Shown here: in pieces, positions 30,140 to 39,975 of the stretch
Numbering within the stretch: position 1 is the first letter of the stretch
Layout: each line of letters opens with the position of its first letter
Translations under genes and position numbers: made by a program
IMG/VR virus record: IMGVR_UViG_3300032132_000439
Location: 375-64,374 of that record
Strand: one strand, 5' to 3'
DNA from: a virus
Taxonomy: Duplodnaviria > Caudoviricetes
DNA: 64,000 bases
Notes under the pieces: generated by a model
What the model was told of the DNA's origin: nothing
Databases searched by the model: none
The model's input: only the letters and a program-made list of their open reading frames with translations

Positions 30140-30481
30140 CTATTTGTAAACAGTAGCCAAGCCGAGGGTCACCATCTCAGAATTGAGTGATGTTTCGAAA
30201 TCATCATGGATGAATGCGAGCCAACGGCCATATTTTCCCTTGTTACGGGATCTCAACGTGCGGATTTTGACGGTCTTGCCTAAGACACGTTCACGCAACC
30301 AATCACGGGTAATTAGACCCTCAGTCCGGCTTGCACCACGGACCTCAGGTGCATTGATCCCGGCCAATCGTAGCTTTTGGCCTTTAAGCCAAGAGCCAAA
30401 GCCCAGATCAATGTCAACGGTTACCGTGTCACCATCATATACTTTGGTGACGACGGCATTGCGTACGTATTCGTCTTGCAA
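30140..30481 (-). CDS. Thermonuclease (SNase) family protein
   Basis: VYDGDT, RL.GI.APE, KYGR.LA, LN..MV..GLA; TTG start inferred. Confidence 0.88.
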   Translation of the reverse strand: MQDEYVRNAVVTKVYDGDTVTVDIDLGFGSWLKGQKLRLAGINAPEVRGASRTEGLITRDWLRERVLGKTVKIRTLRSRNKGKYGRWLAFIHDDFETSLNSEMVTLGLATVYK

Positions 30482-30482
30482 C

Positions 30483-30797
30483 CTAAGCGGCCAATTGCCA
30501 TGCAATGAAGCCAAAGGCGATGAAGGCCATGAACACAAGAATTGCGTTCTTTGATGATTTGCGCGAATTGGCCAACTGCTCGCGCACCGGCTCAACAATC
30601 GTGTTGATCTTAATCACGCCTTGCTCCACTTGAAGCTCATTGGTTTCGTCGTGGAATTCAACAACAAAGTTGCCATTGATACGCGCGCGCAACCAGTCGA
30701 TTGCGAACAATTCAATTTGCCAAGGGTGCAAGCCCTTTTCGTTTAGAAAAACCCGAAGCTCTTCCAATAGAGCCTTGCTCAAACGTTTCTTTTTCAT
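30483..30797 (-). CDS. Hypothetical protein with C-terminal TM helix
   Basis: Start follows CAACTTGGAGA; hydrophobic C-terminus. Confidence 0.6.
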   Translation of the reverse strand: MKKKRLSKALLEELRVFLNEKGLHPWQIELFAIDWLRARINGNFVVEFHDETNELQVEQGVIKINTIVEPVREQLANSRKSSKNAILVFMAFIAFGFIAWQLAA

Positions 30798-30825
30798 TTC
30801 ATTCTCCAAGTTGATTTTTTGCCAT

Positions 30826-30852
30826 AAAAAAAGCCCCAATTAAGGGGCTTTT
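30826..30852. terminator. Intrinsic terminator (possibly bidirectional)
   Basis: AAAAGCCCC-AATTAA-GGGGCTTTT. Confidence 0.75.
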
Positions 30853-30879
30853 GGTTTTGCTAATCATTTACAGATTTGC

Positions 30880-30993
30880 CTACTTTTCCGCTCTCGCGGC
30901 TGTCTCTATTTCGTCAAGGTTGCTCAAAATTCCAGCGATTTTCTCACGCATATCCCTAACTACATCTAGTATAACTTCAGTTTGTTGACTCAT
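30880..30993 (-). CDS. 37-aa helical protein under a LexA box (candidate antirepressor)
   Basis: AGGAGG RBS, MSQQTEVILDVVRDMREKIAGILSNLDEIETAARAEK. Confidence 0.55.
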   Translation of the reverse strand: MSQQTEVILDVVRDMREKIAGILSNLDEIETAARAEK

Positions 30994-31038
30994 CGCGTTT
31001 TCCTCCTGCGCGTCAGATACCGTACTCAATAGTGAATA

Positions 31039-31053
31039 GAACAAAAATAGAAC
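31039..31053 (-). promoter_or_regulatory. Alphaproteobacterial LexA (SOS) box GTTC-N7-GTTC
   Basis: GTTCTATTTTTGTTC lying between TTGATG and TATTCA (17-bp spacer). Confidence 0.75.
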
Positions 31054-31259
31054 ATCATCAATTGCAAAAAGGAATATAATCACATCAATTGAATATATTC
31101 CTATTAAGTGCACCACCCTCCCAAGTTCAATTCACTCATTAGTAATTATTAATACTTAGAAAAGGAGCGCTAACTCGCTGATCCAAATAATGTATTCAGA
31201 TTTACGCACGTATATGTAATGAGTTTGTCCGGGTTCACCAGAGCATTAACTAGGCATTT

Positions 31260-31871
31260 ATGGAACAAAACAAGATTATTACCAAAAAAAATGCATTATC
31301 AACAATTAGGGAGGAGTTCGGACTGAGCCAAGAGCAACTAGCAGAGCTTATTGATATATCACCCTCAACAATATCGCGTTGGGAGCGCGGCAAGACATTG
31401 CCGCCGCTGCTATCCGCTGTCAGCCGTAAGCATAACCGACCGCTGACATATGTGACGGCTATGGTTGATCAAGAGTTGCGGGGCAAAGTTCGTGCCTCAG
31501 AGCGCCTTGAGGCGTTGTTTCATGGCGATAACCTAATGATTGTAGAATTCAGCAAAGGCGTTCGCAGTGCTTTCCCTTTAGTTGTGGCAACAATTGGGCT
31601 TGGCATAACACCTTTCCTAAGAAATGAAACGAAGCGCGTTTTTGCAGAAAACATGCCCCAATTCTTGCGTGCAATGAACACGCCCGGTGCAAGCTGCAAA
31701 TGGTGGGCACCATACGACGGCAAGAACACAGAGAGTGGTTTGATTTCATCAGGTCTGAATATGCAGCTCTATTACATGGGGTCAAAGGTCGTTTATATGG
31801 AAGCCGCGCCCATATCAATTCAGGAAAGCTTAGAGCGACCCGTTGGTGAAATGATATTCGAAGGAATTTAG
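31260..31871 (+). CDS. XRE HTH regulator with possible PAS-like C-terminal domain (moron)
   Basis: LSQEQLAELIDISPSTISRWERG; opposite strand, AT-rich upstream. Confidence 0.75.
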   Translation: MEQNKIITKKNALSTIREEFGLSQEQLAELIDISPSTISRWERGKTLPPLLSAVSRKHNRPLTYVTAMVDQELRGKVRASERLEALFHGDNLMIVEFSKGVRSAFPLVVATIGLGITPFLRNETKRVFAENMPQFLRAMNTPGASCKWWAPYDGKNTESGLISSGLNMQLYYMGSKVVYMEAAPISIQESLERPVGEMIFEGI

Positions 31872-31895
31872 CGCCCCACTTTTGCAGGGCGCTAA
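31868..31895. terminator. Hairpin between convergent genes
   Basis: TTAGCGCCC...GGGCGCTAA. Confidence 0.6.
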
Positions 31896-31899
31896 GCAT

Positions 31900-32259
31900 T
31901 TATAGTTTGGTATAATAGTGAATTACGCGACCACTGTCAGCCGCTGTAGTGTCTTGCACAACAGCGTAGGCACCCGTCGCGCGCGTGAATGTAATATACA
32001 AGCCGCGATCTGAAACGCTGTATCCTGCAACATCTACGGTAGAGGCATCAGGATCGGTCGCGCCGGTTGTAAACACTTCGAGTTTAACCGTTTGATCAAC
32101 GCCGGGCGTTACTGAATCGGGCACGCCTCCGATAATGTCAATTACCTTTTCGTAGATTGGTTTCCCATCGACCCAAAGGCGGTCGGTTTCACGTTCGACG
32201 GCTGAATATGCCACGGGGGCTTGTACACCGCCAATTGGGACTGTGTTATTTGAACTCAT
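31900..32259 (-). CDS. Small fibre-tip-like protein
   Basis: W.DGKPIY.KV and terminal YTK motifs typical of phage fibre C-terminal domains. Confidence 0.6.
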   Translation of the reverse strand: MSSNNTVPIGGVQAPVAYSAVERETDRLWVDGKPIYEKVIDIIGGVPDSVTPGVDQTVKLEVFTTGATDPDASTVDVAGYSVSDRGLYITFTRATGAYAVVQDTTAADSGRVIHYYTKL

Positions 32260-32270
32260 TTTGAACCCCT

Positions 32271-35057
32271 TTAGGCCATTTTAGCGACGAATGTGATACC
32301 AACACTGTGATCAGCATCAGTTGTATTCAAGCGATCAAGTGTGATTTCGTTGGTGCCTGATTTGCCTGTTGCACCAGCAGCCCAGTTGAATGTCCCCGCA
32401 GAGGTGTTAACGGCAAAACCATAAACATCGTCAGCGCCAGTGACCTCAAATGAGATTGCATCATCGTTGTCACTGCGGAACCAGATTGAGTAATAGCGAA
32501 GTTTACCTTTTTGGTAGTAATTCGCATTGTTTACGTTGTACTTGCCATTAGCAGGGTTGTCGCTAGTCGTAACAACCCACGAATTACCCGCCGTTTGGTT
32601 CAGTGTGGCTTCGACAAGTGCTGTGTCGTTAACCTCAGTGATTACTTGAGGCACAAGCTTAGCGTTTGCCGCGTCCCATTCAAACGTGTCGCCATCAACG
32701 GCAGTCGATAGGTCGATTTCAACAGCTGTTGCAGGCAACACTGTCGTTTCTGGCAGTTGTTCAACCAAGAAAGTTGAACGCACTCCAAGCTCACCAAGGG
32801 AACCGCTGGAAAAATCAATACCAACCTCACTGTCAACAGCGGGCGTGAAATACACTTCCGCGCTAGGAAGAACAGATTGATTGTGCGTCGCTTTCGATGG
32901 ATGTAGATCAATCGGGTCGGTCGGCCCGATATTAGCATTTGCCGTCAAATCTACGAACCTGAGTTGCGCGGCATCACCGGTGCCAGAAGATGGAGGGAAC
33001 AACTGAAGGTGAGCAGATAAGCGGTATGTTTTACCCGCCTTAAGCCCTTGAATTGAGCCCGTGCCAGATAGTGACAGAACAGCATGAACGTCACTAAAGT
33101 GCGTTACATCAAAGCCGTAGTGAGTTGCACCGGAGTCGTTTGCCGTCGCTGAGAGGCCAACTTGAATGCGTGAAAGCGGTTCAACTGTAATGGCATCAAC
33201 TACGCTATAGCTTGGCTCAACACTGATCGAAAGCGTGTTCGCATCACGCACATAAAGCAATGACTGGGCAACGCCCGTGGACGGCTTCACATCAGTGAGC
33301 GCACCGGCTGTTGTTTGATCCAACCAATAATATTCACCAACGCTCAAACCGTGACCCGTGACAGTGACAGCGCCAACTGTTGTGATAACGAAATTATCAA
33401 CATCAACAACGCTGGTTACGATTGTGTGCGCATCCAAATCACCATCTGTTGCAACGGCTTTGACCCAGTTGGTGCCGTCGTGGTGAACCGCTTCAAGTTG
33501 TGAAAAACCGTGAGCTGTTTGGTTCACATCTTCAAGCAAGCGTGACGCTTCGCCGGAAGACACCATGCCATCACTGTCAGCAACAAGAACCCAATGCTGA
33601 CCCGTGTTTGTTGGCTTGATAAAGTGCAAGACGCGATCACCAGAGTTGTTTTGCGCCTGAGTGATTGTGCCAATCGCTGTTGCGCCATCAAAGCCCTTAA
33701 AGGCTGAGCTGAAAACAAAGTCGCGATCAATTGTATCGATGTTGCGAAGGTGAACAATAACGTCACCGAGAATACCCGTGTTACCCGTAAAGCTTTCAAT
33801 TTCACAATTGCCTGTCGAGGCATTGGAGGAAACAAAGCGGTAAGCGCCTTGGCTGTAGCTTAGTTCTTGAGGTGTTCCAGTTGCAAAGATGGATTCAACG
33901 CCTACAAAGCCGTACTTCTTTGCACTAAAACCAGCTTCATCAATTGCCCCTTTTACGTCGCCCGCCTGTTCAAAATTGACCGCGTTGCCGTCAAGTTCAA
34001 CAGTGCGAGGGCCGGTTAGTGTACCATCTGTATTGAAGATGTTTTCACTTACGGCTGGCGTTTCCCAAATAAGCTTTGCAGAGCCAGCGGGTGAAATGCT
34101 CCAAATGTGTGTGACCGTATCGGTGCCAACATCTGTGCCAGTATACCAAGCCAATGCCGGGCCAGCGATTGCACGAGCTGTGACTTCCGATTCAGTTGGG
34201 TTTGCAACATCAGAAGCCGCAAGAGTTGCCGCTGTGATAAATACATGCGCACCGGTTTGGCTGTAAAGCTTGCCATCGCCCGCTTTGACAATCTGGTTGA
34301 AAGCAACGCTTGAAATTAGGTCGTCAGGGTCAAGAGCGTGCAAGCCGTCAGAGCCGACCTTTAGCAATTGCTCAGCATCCGCTGAAACGTCTTGCGCTGG
34401 GTGCTTATGGTCGCCGCGTGCATACGTAACAGCTGAGCCAGCCGCGCCCGAGCCATCATCTGAGGCCGGTGCAATAACGTTCTCAGGGCCAACAGGTAGT
34501 AAAGTTGACAAATCCATAGTGAATGTTGACGCATCATCGCGTGTGATCGTTAGAATGCCAGATGCATCAACAGTGCCCGACATAATGCGGGCTAGATTTG
34601 TGTCGTCGAGATATAGCGACAAATCAAGGGCGGTTGGTGTGCCCGCTTCGTCGGTATATGTCAGAATGTTCGCAACCAAAGTTAGGCTAGTGAGCGTTTC
34701 TGCAACATTGTCAGTGATTGTTACAGATGCGCCGTGATCATCGGTGATCGTAAACGTGCCATCACCATTGTCGAGCGCAACAGTGCGCTTGGAATCGAAA
34801 GTAACAACAACACCGGCACCATTGTTGTGAGAGAACGTGCCGTCACCATTGTCCGTGATAACTGAGGTGACATCATTGATCGCGTCAAGTTGGGTCTTGA
34901 GCACCTTGCCTTGTTCAGCCGAAAGAGGCGACAATGCACCACCCGTGGTTAGGTTATCAATGACTTCACTTTTGCGCACCAACGATGCGCTATCTGACAG
35001 GCCGGTCGAAGATGAAACCCCACCCTCCCGGCGAGGCCGCGACGTAATCATGTTCAT
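32271..35057 (-). CDS. Large fibre/adhesin-like virion protein
   Basis: LSAEQGKVLK, repeated DNGDGTF, YARGDHKHP, HG...G..Y motifs; T/S/D-rich. Confidence 0.7.
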   Translation of the reverse strand: MNMITSRPRREGGVSSSTGLSDSASLVRKSEVIDNLTTGGALSPLSAEQGKVLKTQLDAINDVTSVITDNGDGTFSHNNGAGVVVTFDSKRTVALDNGDGTFTITDDHGASVTITDNVAETLTSLTLVANILTYTDEAGTPTALDLSLYLDDTNLARIMSGTVDASGILTITRDDASTFTMDLSTLLPVGPENVIAPASDDGSGAAGSAVTYARGDHKHPAQDVSADAEQLLKVGSDGLHALDPDDLISSVAFNQIVKAGDGKLYSQTGAHVFITAATLAASDVANPTESEVTARAIAGPALAWYTGTDVGTDTVTHIWSISPAGSAKLIWETPAVSENIFNTDGTLTGPRTVELDGNAVNFEQAGDVKGAIDEAGFSAKKYGFVGVESIFATGTPQELSYSQGAYRFVSSNASTGNCEIESFTGNTGILGDVIVHLRNIDTIDRDFVFSSAFKGFDGATAIGTITQAQNNSGDRVLHFIKPTNTGQHWVLVADSDGMVSSGEASRLLEDVNQTAHGFSQLEAVHHDGTNWVKAVATDGDLDAHTIVTSVVDVDNFVITTVGAVTVTGHGLSVGEYYWLDQTTAGALTDVKPSTGVAQSLLYVRDANTLSISVEPSYSVVDAITVEPLSRIQVGLSATANDSGATHYGFDVTHFSDVHAVLSLSGTGSIQGLKAGKTYRLSAHLQLFPPSSGTGDAAQLRFVDLTANANIGPTDPIDLHPSKATHNQSVLPSAEVYFTPAVDSEVGIDFSSGSLGELGVRSTFLVEQLPETTVLPATAVEIDLSTAVDGDTFEWDAANAKLVPQVITEVNDTALVEATLNQTAGNSWVVTTSDNPANGKYNVNNANYYQKGKLRYYSIWFRSDNDDAISFEVTGADDVYGFAVNTSAGTFNWAAGATGKSGTNEITLDRLNTTDADHSVGITFVAKMA

Positions 35058-35074
35058 AGTTTTTCCCCTGAACG

Positions 35075-35101
35075 AAAAAAGGCCCACCGATTGGTGAGCC
35101 T
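35075..35101 (-). terminator. tR'-like terminator after putative late promoter
   Basis: GGCTCACC-AATC-GGTGGGCC then T6. Confidence 0.8.
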
Positions 35102-35156
35102 CAAGATTTGGATTTTTGGAAAGTTACCACATTGGTAAATCAGACTGTTTGGAATG

Positions 35157-35696
35157 TCAAACTGTTTTTTGTATTCCCCAATAATTCGCCAAAGTGTCAA
35201 GTGCCTCAATTAGAGATTCTTGGTGATGATACCGCATAAGCTCATATGACTTTTGCCGCTCTTTGCTTTTCCGCCGGGCATATTCCGCGACCGTTGAACC
35301 ACCAAAGCACACTTGGTTTAGCAGAGATGCGGCAACACGACCGATCCGGGTGTTTGCTTGCGCTAGATCACCAGCCGCCTCAATTGCGCGATCTTGAACC
35401 CCTATTCTCGCACCGCTTGGAATGCGCGGTTCATAATCAACAGCTTTTAGGCCGCTGATTTCTGCGCTGTGGCAAAGCTCCCCGTATTTTCGCCCGGCTT
35501 GCAATTGCGCCCGGGTGATTTTGTGATGTTTGTATAACCGGCCCAAAGGGTCAGTTTTGAAATTGACGTGCGCTGTGATCTTTTCCGGTTCCCCATACGA
35601 ACCAAACTCAGGATTATCAATTTCAGCCTCTTCCACGTCAGCACCAAACACCGGCATGCGTGGCTTTGATCGCTTAGCTTTCGCCATTAGCGTCAC
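35157..35696 (-). CDS. Late transcription regulator (DUF6456 / Q-position protein)
   Basis: I...Q..AG..Y and L..ALD.LA..WG motifs; last gene before late promoter. Confidence 0.7.
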   Translation of the reverse strand: MTLMAKAKRSKPRMPVFGADVEEAEIDNPEFGSYGEPEKITAHVNFKTDPLGRLYKHHKITRAQLQAGRKYGELCHSAEISGLKAVDYEPRIPSGARIGVQDRAIEAAGDLAQANTRIGRVAASLLNQVCFGGSTVAEYARRKSKERQKSYELMRYHHQESLIEALDTLANYWGIQKTV

Positions 35697-36051
35697 CTTC
35701 GATCATGGGCGCTGAAAGGGTGATTAGGCGCGATGCGTTTAGCAAGATCGCCCGGGCTTCTGAATTTTCGCCGTGCATGTGTGCCATGCCTTGAATCATC
35801 GAGATGCACCGATCACGCTCACGGGTCATGGCCGTGTTAACAGATCGCACCGCTTGGTCCATAGCTGCAGCATTGGTCAAAGAGTTTTGGAGAACATCGC
35901 CAGATTTTTGGCTTTTGTTCAGCAGGTTTTCCAAAACCTCAATCTTTGGGCTTAGCTCACCGGTCGCTTCCTTGTGGCCTTCACGCCAACCAGCCTTGCG
36001 TGATTTCTCAAGCTCCGATTTGTGTCGAATTTCCAAAGTGCTTTCCGTCAT
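35674..36051 (-). CDS. Hypothetical coiled-coil protein
   Basis: Coupled ORF in operon. Confidence 0.55.
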   Translation of the reverse strand: MTESTLEIRHKSELEKSRKAGWREGHKEATGELSPKIEVLENLLNKSQKSGDVLQNSLTNAAAMDQAVRSVNTAMTRERDRCISMIQGMAHMHGENSEARAILLNASRLITLSAPMIEGDANGES

Positions 36052-36500
36052 TTCCGTGCAACCCTTTTCTTGCGATCAAGACCCTTGAACGCGATTTCGT
36101 CGATCTGTGGTTGTGGAAGCGTGAAACCAAATTCAGCCAGCCAATCCATGACAATGGGGGTCATGACCGTGATTGCAGCTCTTGGCGTATCCGCCTTGAT
36201 TGTGATCACCTTGTGGCCAAGCTTGCGAAAGTTCGCATGCCGCTTTTTTTGGTTTGCTGATCTGGAACCTTGCTTGGCCTTGACCTCAATGTGCCGGATT
36301 ATCTCCTTCGGGAAATATAACCTCAGATCAGGCTCCCCGGCTTGCATGCCGCTGGCCTTCGCTCTGCCCCGCTCAACCTTGCTCCGGTAAGCGCCATTTT
36401 GATCCGCCGCGAACATCAAAGGCGCTCCGGCATCGATCAAGCGTTGAAGCACTTGAGCCATGTAGGATTGAATTTGATTTTCAGAATATCGGATCGGCAA
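36048..36500 (-). CDS. VRR-NUC domain nuclease
   Basis: E..IQ, G..AG.PDL, IEVK...G..S..QK. Confidence 0.85.
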   Translation of the reverse strand: MPIRYSENQIQSYMAQVLQRLIDAGAPLMFAADQNGAYRSKVERGRAKASGMQAGEPDLRLYFPKEIIRHIEVKAKQGSRSANQKKRHANFRKLGHKVITIKADTPRAAITVMTPIVMDWLAEFGFTLPQPQIDEIAFKGLDRKKRVARK

Positions 36501-36559
36501 TTTTTCAGTTCTCCATCAACAACAGGATTGAAGGTTTACCGAATACGTGAATTGAGATC

Positions 36560-36870
36560 AAGAATTATCTGATTTGGCAATCAAGTAAAAATACTAGACG
36601 TTTTTAAAAACCACCATTTCTTACTTTCACCCTCTTATATAGATATAAATAGAAAGAGAAAAAGATAAGAAAGAACATAAAGAACACGCACACGAGAGGA
36701 TTAGTTTTATCCCTTATAGGGGAAAGTATTGAAAAGAAAAGCGTTTGTTTTCAATGGCTTATTCAGGTAATTTCCCCACTTAAATTTAGGAGGTTTTTGA
36801 AATCCTCCGATTGTTAGGTGTATAGGGGGAGCGCGAGAAAGTAGTTTAACGCGCTCCATTTTGGTGTGAA
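36560..36870. other. AT-rich purine-skewed intergenic region, candidate replication origin
   Basis: Non-coding, AAAGA repeats, directly downstream of primase gene. Confidence 0.4.
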
Positions 36871-36874
36871 AATA

Positions 36875-39379
36875 CTACAATGTGACCAGAGAATAGTTTC
36901 TTTTTGGTCGCCCCTTACCCTGCTCAACGCTCTCAACTATGGTCCCTGAATCCATCAAACCGCCCAATAATCGATCTAAAAGTTGTCTGTCAACGCCCCT
37001 TTTATTCATCTTTAGGGACACAAATGTGCGCGATGCGGAGCCCCCTTGATTGCGCAAAATGGTAATAATTGATCTTGTTCGTTTGAGATTTGCTTCATCG
37101 CTACTACTCGCAATTGACTCCATATTTGCAAAATAACGCATTTGATTGCCTAACAAGTGACTGACAAAATCAAAGGCAAATCGCAGGTGTTTTTGCTGTA
37201 TAGTCACGGCCCTGCAGTCCTCAGTTACCGCTAAGATCAAGGCTACTTTTAAAGCGTTCTCAACGGCGCGGTTAAACGCATCTGCAAGCGGGTTACCTTG
37301 TTTCTCAAGTTTGTTTACAATCTCCGTGAATTTTTCGAGCTGTTTAAATACAAATTCCCCTTGCTCTTCACTTAGCGCGATAATCATTGGAGTTGCCGTT
37401 TTACTCCCGTCGATTAGCCCGTTTGAGGATTGGAACTTGTTAACGCGATAGGCCAGTATGTCCGCAATGCCCGAGGCTGCTTTTGTTGGTGCTATTGCCT
37501 TGGATGCTTGCATTTTCGCCTCTTTGGTTTCGAAATGCATCATCATACGCGGCAAGAACCCCATAGACCAAAGGCTGTCGTTGTAGTTTTCGCGAAAATC
37601 TGACGGTGTTGTTGCTCCAATCATATTGAAACTTGGGTTTTGGACGGGATCAAAACGCCCCTTAATCTTAGCGCTTCCCGACCCCCTAGCCCGGCGCGAT
37701 CTTGCGAAGGACGATCCAGATGCGGAGTAGAGTTTTAGAAGGCTTGTTCTGATTTCATCTTGAGTGGCCACAATGTTTTTGCCGATGAATTTTTTCATGA
37801 ACCCGCCAAATTCATCAATCGAAGCCATGACGGCGGGTAGCTCTTTGATCATATCATAGAGCGCCGCCCCTGACGTTACGTCACCCTCTTGCATCAACGT
37901 GCTTGGCTGCACCCGGGTAAAGCAATCGTTTTCATCGTCATAAAGCTCACCGCCCGGCACCAAGTCACGATAGTAAACGTCGGATAGTTTCAGCACCTTT
38001 TCAACGGAGCTTAGTCGTGATGTTTTACCGTAAGCGGCACCGGCAACCGTGAGGGTGTAAACGTTGCTATAAGTGGTGTAACGCCCCTCAATAGCCCATG
38101 CGCGGCCTAGCAATGCCCCGCAATAGGTTAGCGCGGTTAAACCACTCATAAGAGGGCTCCGGCTCGGCGCGGCGCTTTCTAGATAATCGGTAAGATCGGA
38201 CCACACGCCTCCAAAGCTGTTAAGCCGCTTATGAAAGTCAAATTCACGCACAAGCCCCTTGACCACTTCATTGTCAGTGTTCTCCTCTTCCGCCTTCACA
38301 TCTGCAATTTCTTCCGAAGTTGGTTGCGTGGCGGCGAGCTGCTCAGCCTTTGCAAGCGCTGATTTTTTGTCCTCACTGGCGATGATTGATTTGACGTGTT
38401 CCGTATCATCCCAATTGGTTAGCGGATCAACAATGCTCATAAGCCACCACAACGCCTCATTGCTATCAATCCCGCGCGCGGCCATCACCAATTGAACGGG
38501 GCTGTAACCTTGATCAATTCCAAAGTCTTTAATGCCATTGCGGTTGATAGACAGGTTCTGACTGCGCTCAGCAAGAGGCCGTCCGCTCGAGCTGGATCGC
38601 CATGTTGCAACTGCCTTGTAGCCACCCGCCACTTGCTCCAAATTATACAGGTCCAGCTCTTCAACCCAACTTTGCAGATCGGCTAAGCTGAGGTTGTTTG
38701 CGATATCGTACCAATCCCCGTCCGACTGGCTCACGTCGCCGTTATCTTCGGACTTATCAGGGCGAACACCTTTGCGCTTTACGTTGAACGGTTTCAACGC
38801 TTCCGATATTGCCTCAACATGTTCATTGGTCAGCTCCGGTAATTCGTCGGCCGGAACGGTGCAAAGATCAACGCCCATCTCTTTCCACTCATAGGGGTTT
38901 TGTGTGTCCGGGTGAATGGTTGGCGGTATCACCGTTTGATTGCCCATGCCCAACACTTCGCAAACGCTTTTAGGGTGTTCACCTTTCTTGACTGGTGCGA
39001 AGAACTTTTGCGCCCTCACCGTGCCGTCAGTTTTATAAAATGCGGTATAGCCCTTTGCACCGACCTTCATTACATCGCTACCCGGCAAGCAAGCTTCAAT
39101 TGCCGCCACCATCTCCGGTGTTCCGTAATCAAGGTCAATAGCCACCACATTTGATGATCCCGGGCCTAATGCAATTCCAATGCCAGCTCCCGGCCATGTA
39201 GCCCAATTAGCCAATTGCTCAGCCGTGGGTTGCGTGATTGAAAACTGTGACCAAGCTTTTAGAGGATACCAGCGAGTTCCGTCATATAAGCCGGGGTATT
39301 TCGTGCCCGGTCTAATAGGGATCGGGCTGTAACCGTTTTCAACAAGTTGCTTAGCGATTTCATTAAAAGGTGACTGCAC
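36875..39379 (-). CDS. Bifunctional primase-polymerase with C-terminal P-loop (DUF3987-like) domain
   Basis: G...IP...K.P, VAIDLD, PPTIHP..Y.W; GAAYGKT, IDEFG; GTG start after GGAG. Confidence 0.85.
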   Translation of the reverse strand: MQSPFNEIAKQLVENGYSPIPIRPGTKYPGLYDGTRWYPLKAWSQFSITQPTAEQLANWATWPGAGIGIALGPGSSNVVAIDLDYGTPEMVAAIEACLPGSDVMKVGAKGYTAFYKTDGTVRAQKFFAPVKKGEHPKSVCEVLGMGNQTVIPPTIHPDTQNPYEWKEMGVDLCTVPADELPELTNEHVEAISEALKPFNVKRKGVRPDKSEDNGDVSQSDGDWYDIANNLSLADLQSWVEELDLYNLEQVAGGYKAVATWRSSSSGRPLAERSQNLSINRNGIKDFGIDQGYSPVQLVMAARGIDSNEALWWLMSIVDPLTNWDDTEHVKSIIASEDKKSALAKAEQLAATQPTSEEIADVKAEEENTDNEVVKGLVREFDFHKRLNSFGGVWSDLTDYLESAAPSRSPLMSGLTALTYCGALLGRAWAIEGRYTTYSNVYTLTVAGAAYGKTSRLSSVEKVLKLSDVYYRDLVPGGELYDDENDCFTRVQPSTLMQEGDVTSGAALYDMIKELPAVMASIDEFGGFMKKFIGKNIVATQDEIRTSLLKLYSASGSSFARSRRARGSGSAKIKGRFDPVQNPSFNMIGATTPSDFRENYNDSLWSMGFLPRMMMHFETKEAKMQASKAIAPTKAASGIADILAYRVNKFQSSNGLIDGSKTATPMIIALSEEQGEFVFKQLEKFTEIVNKLEKQGNPLADAFNRAVENALKVALILAVTEDCRAVTIQQKHLRFAFDFVSHLLGNQMRYFANMESIASSSDEANLKRTRSIITILRNQGGSASRTFVSLKMNKRGVDRQLLDRLLGGLMDSGTIVESVEQGKGRPKRNYSLVTL

Positions 39380-39629
39380 TGTATTTCTCCATTTACGCAA
39401 ATTTCGATATGCACAACCTCACCATATTCACCAAAAACGCAAGAGGGGGTGTGTATTGAAAAGGGTTGCAATTCTCAGTTTCGGTGATTATTGCAGTATT
39501 AATGCACCACTCAAACCCATGTAAACCAAGGCTTTTCAAAATAAGTTACCAAAAATGACATTTTTTTGTTGCATTCACTCAGGGATAAGTTAGATTACCA
39601 ATATTGAGAAAACAACTTGGAGAGATCAA

Positions 39630-39911
39630 ATGACAACGACTAAAGAGACTTTCATGCAAGCCTATATCCTGCAACGCGCCGGTGCCCACACTGGCTCCAT
39701 TACATCGGGCAAGCTTGTGGCTAGCGCTGCAAACGTTTGGCAAGAGCTGCAGTATGAACTTGGTAATGAAGAGCGCCCACAAGCGGTAAGCCATGATGAA
39801 GATGGTGTTGTAATCACGAACAGTGATGAAACTGACAGTAACGGCACAACTATCGGTGAATGCGATGCCGTGCCGATCCCGTTCATGAACACTCCCGGCG
39901 ATTTGGATTAA
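39630..39911 (+). CDS. Hypothetical early protein
   Basis: Start follows CAACTTGGAGAG. Confidence 0.65.
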   Translation: MTTTKETFMQAYILQRAGAHTGSITSGKLVASAANVWQELQYELGNEERPQAVSHDEDGVVITNSDETDSNGTTIGECDAVPIPFMNTPGDLD

Positions 39912-39975
39912 TCAGAATTGAGGTTGCGCTGACTGGCATTGGCGCAACCCCAAACTTTCAACTTGGAGAATTATT

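Noticed and set aside
36673-36685. GAAC...GAAC as a LexA box (also 54225)
   Set aside because: Spacer is 5 nt here, and the second half-site is mismatched at 54225
39885-39900. MNTPG recurring in three proteins
   Set aside because: Short coincidental match in unrelated contexts
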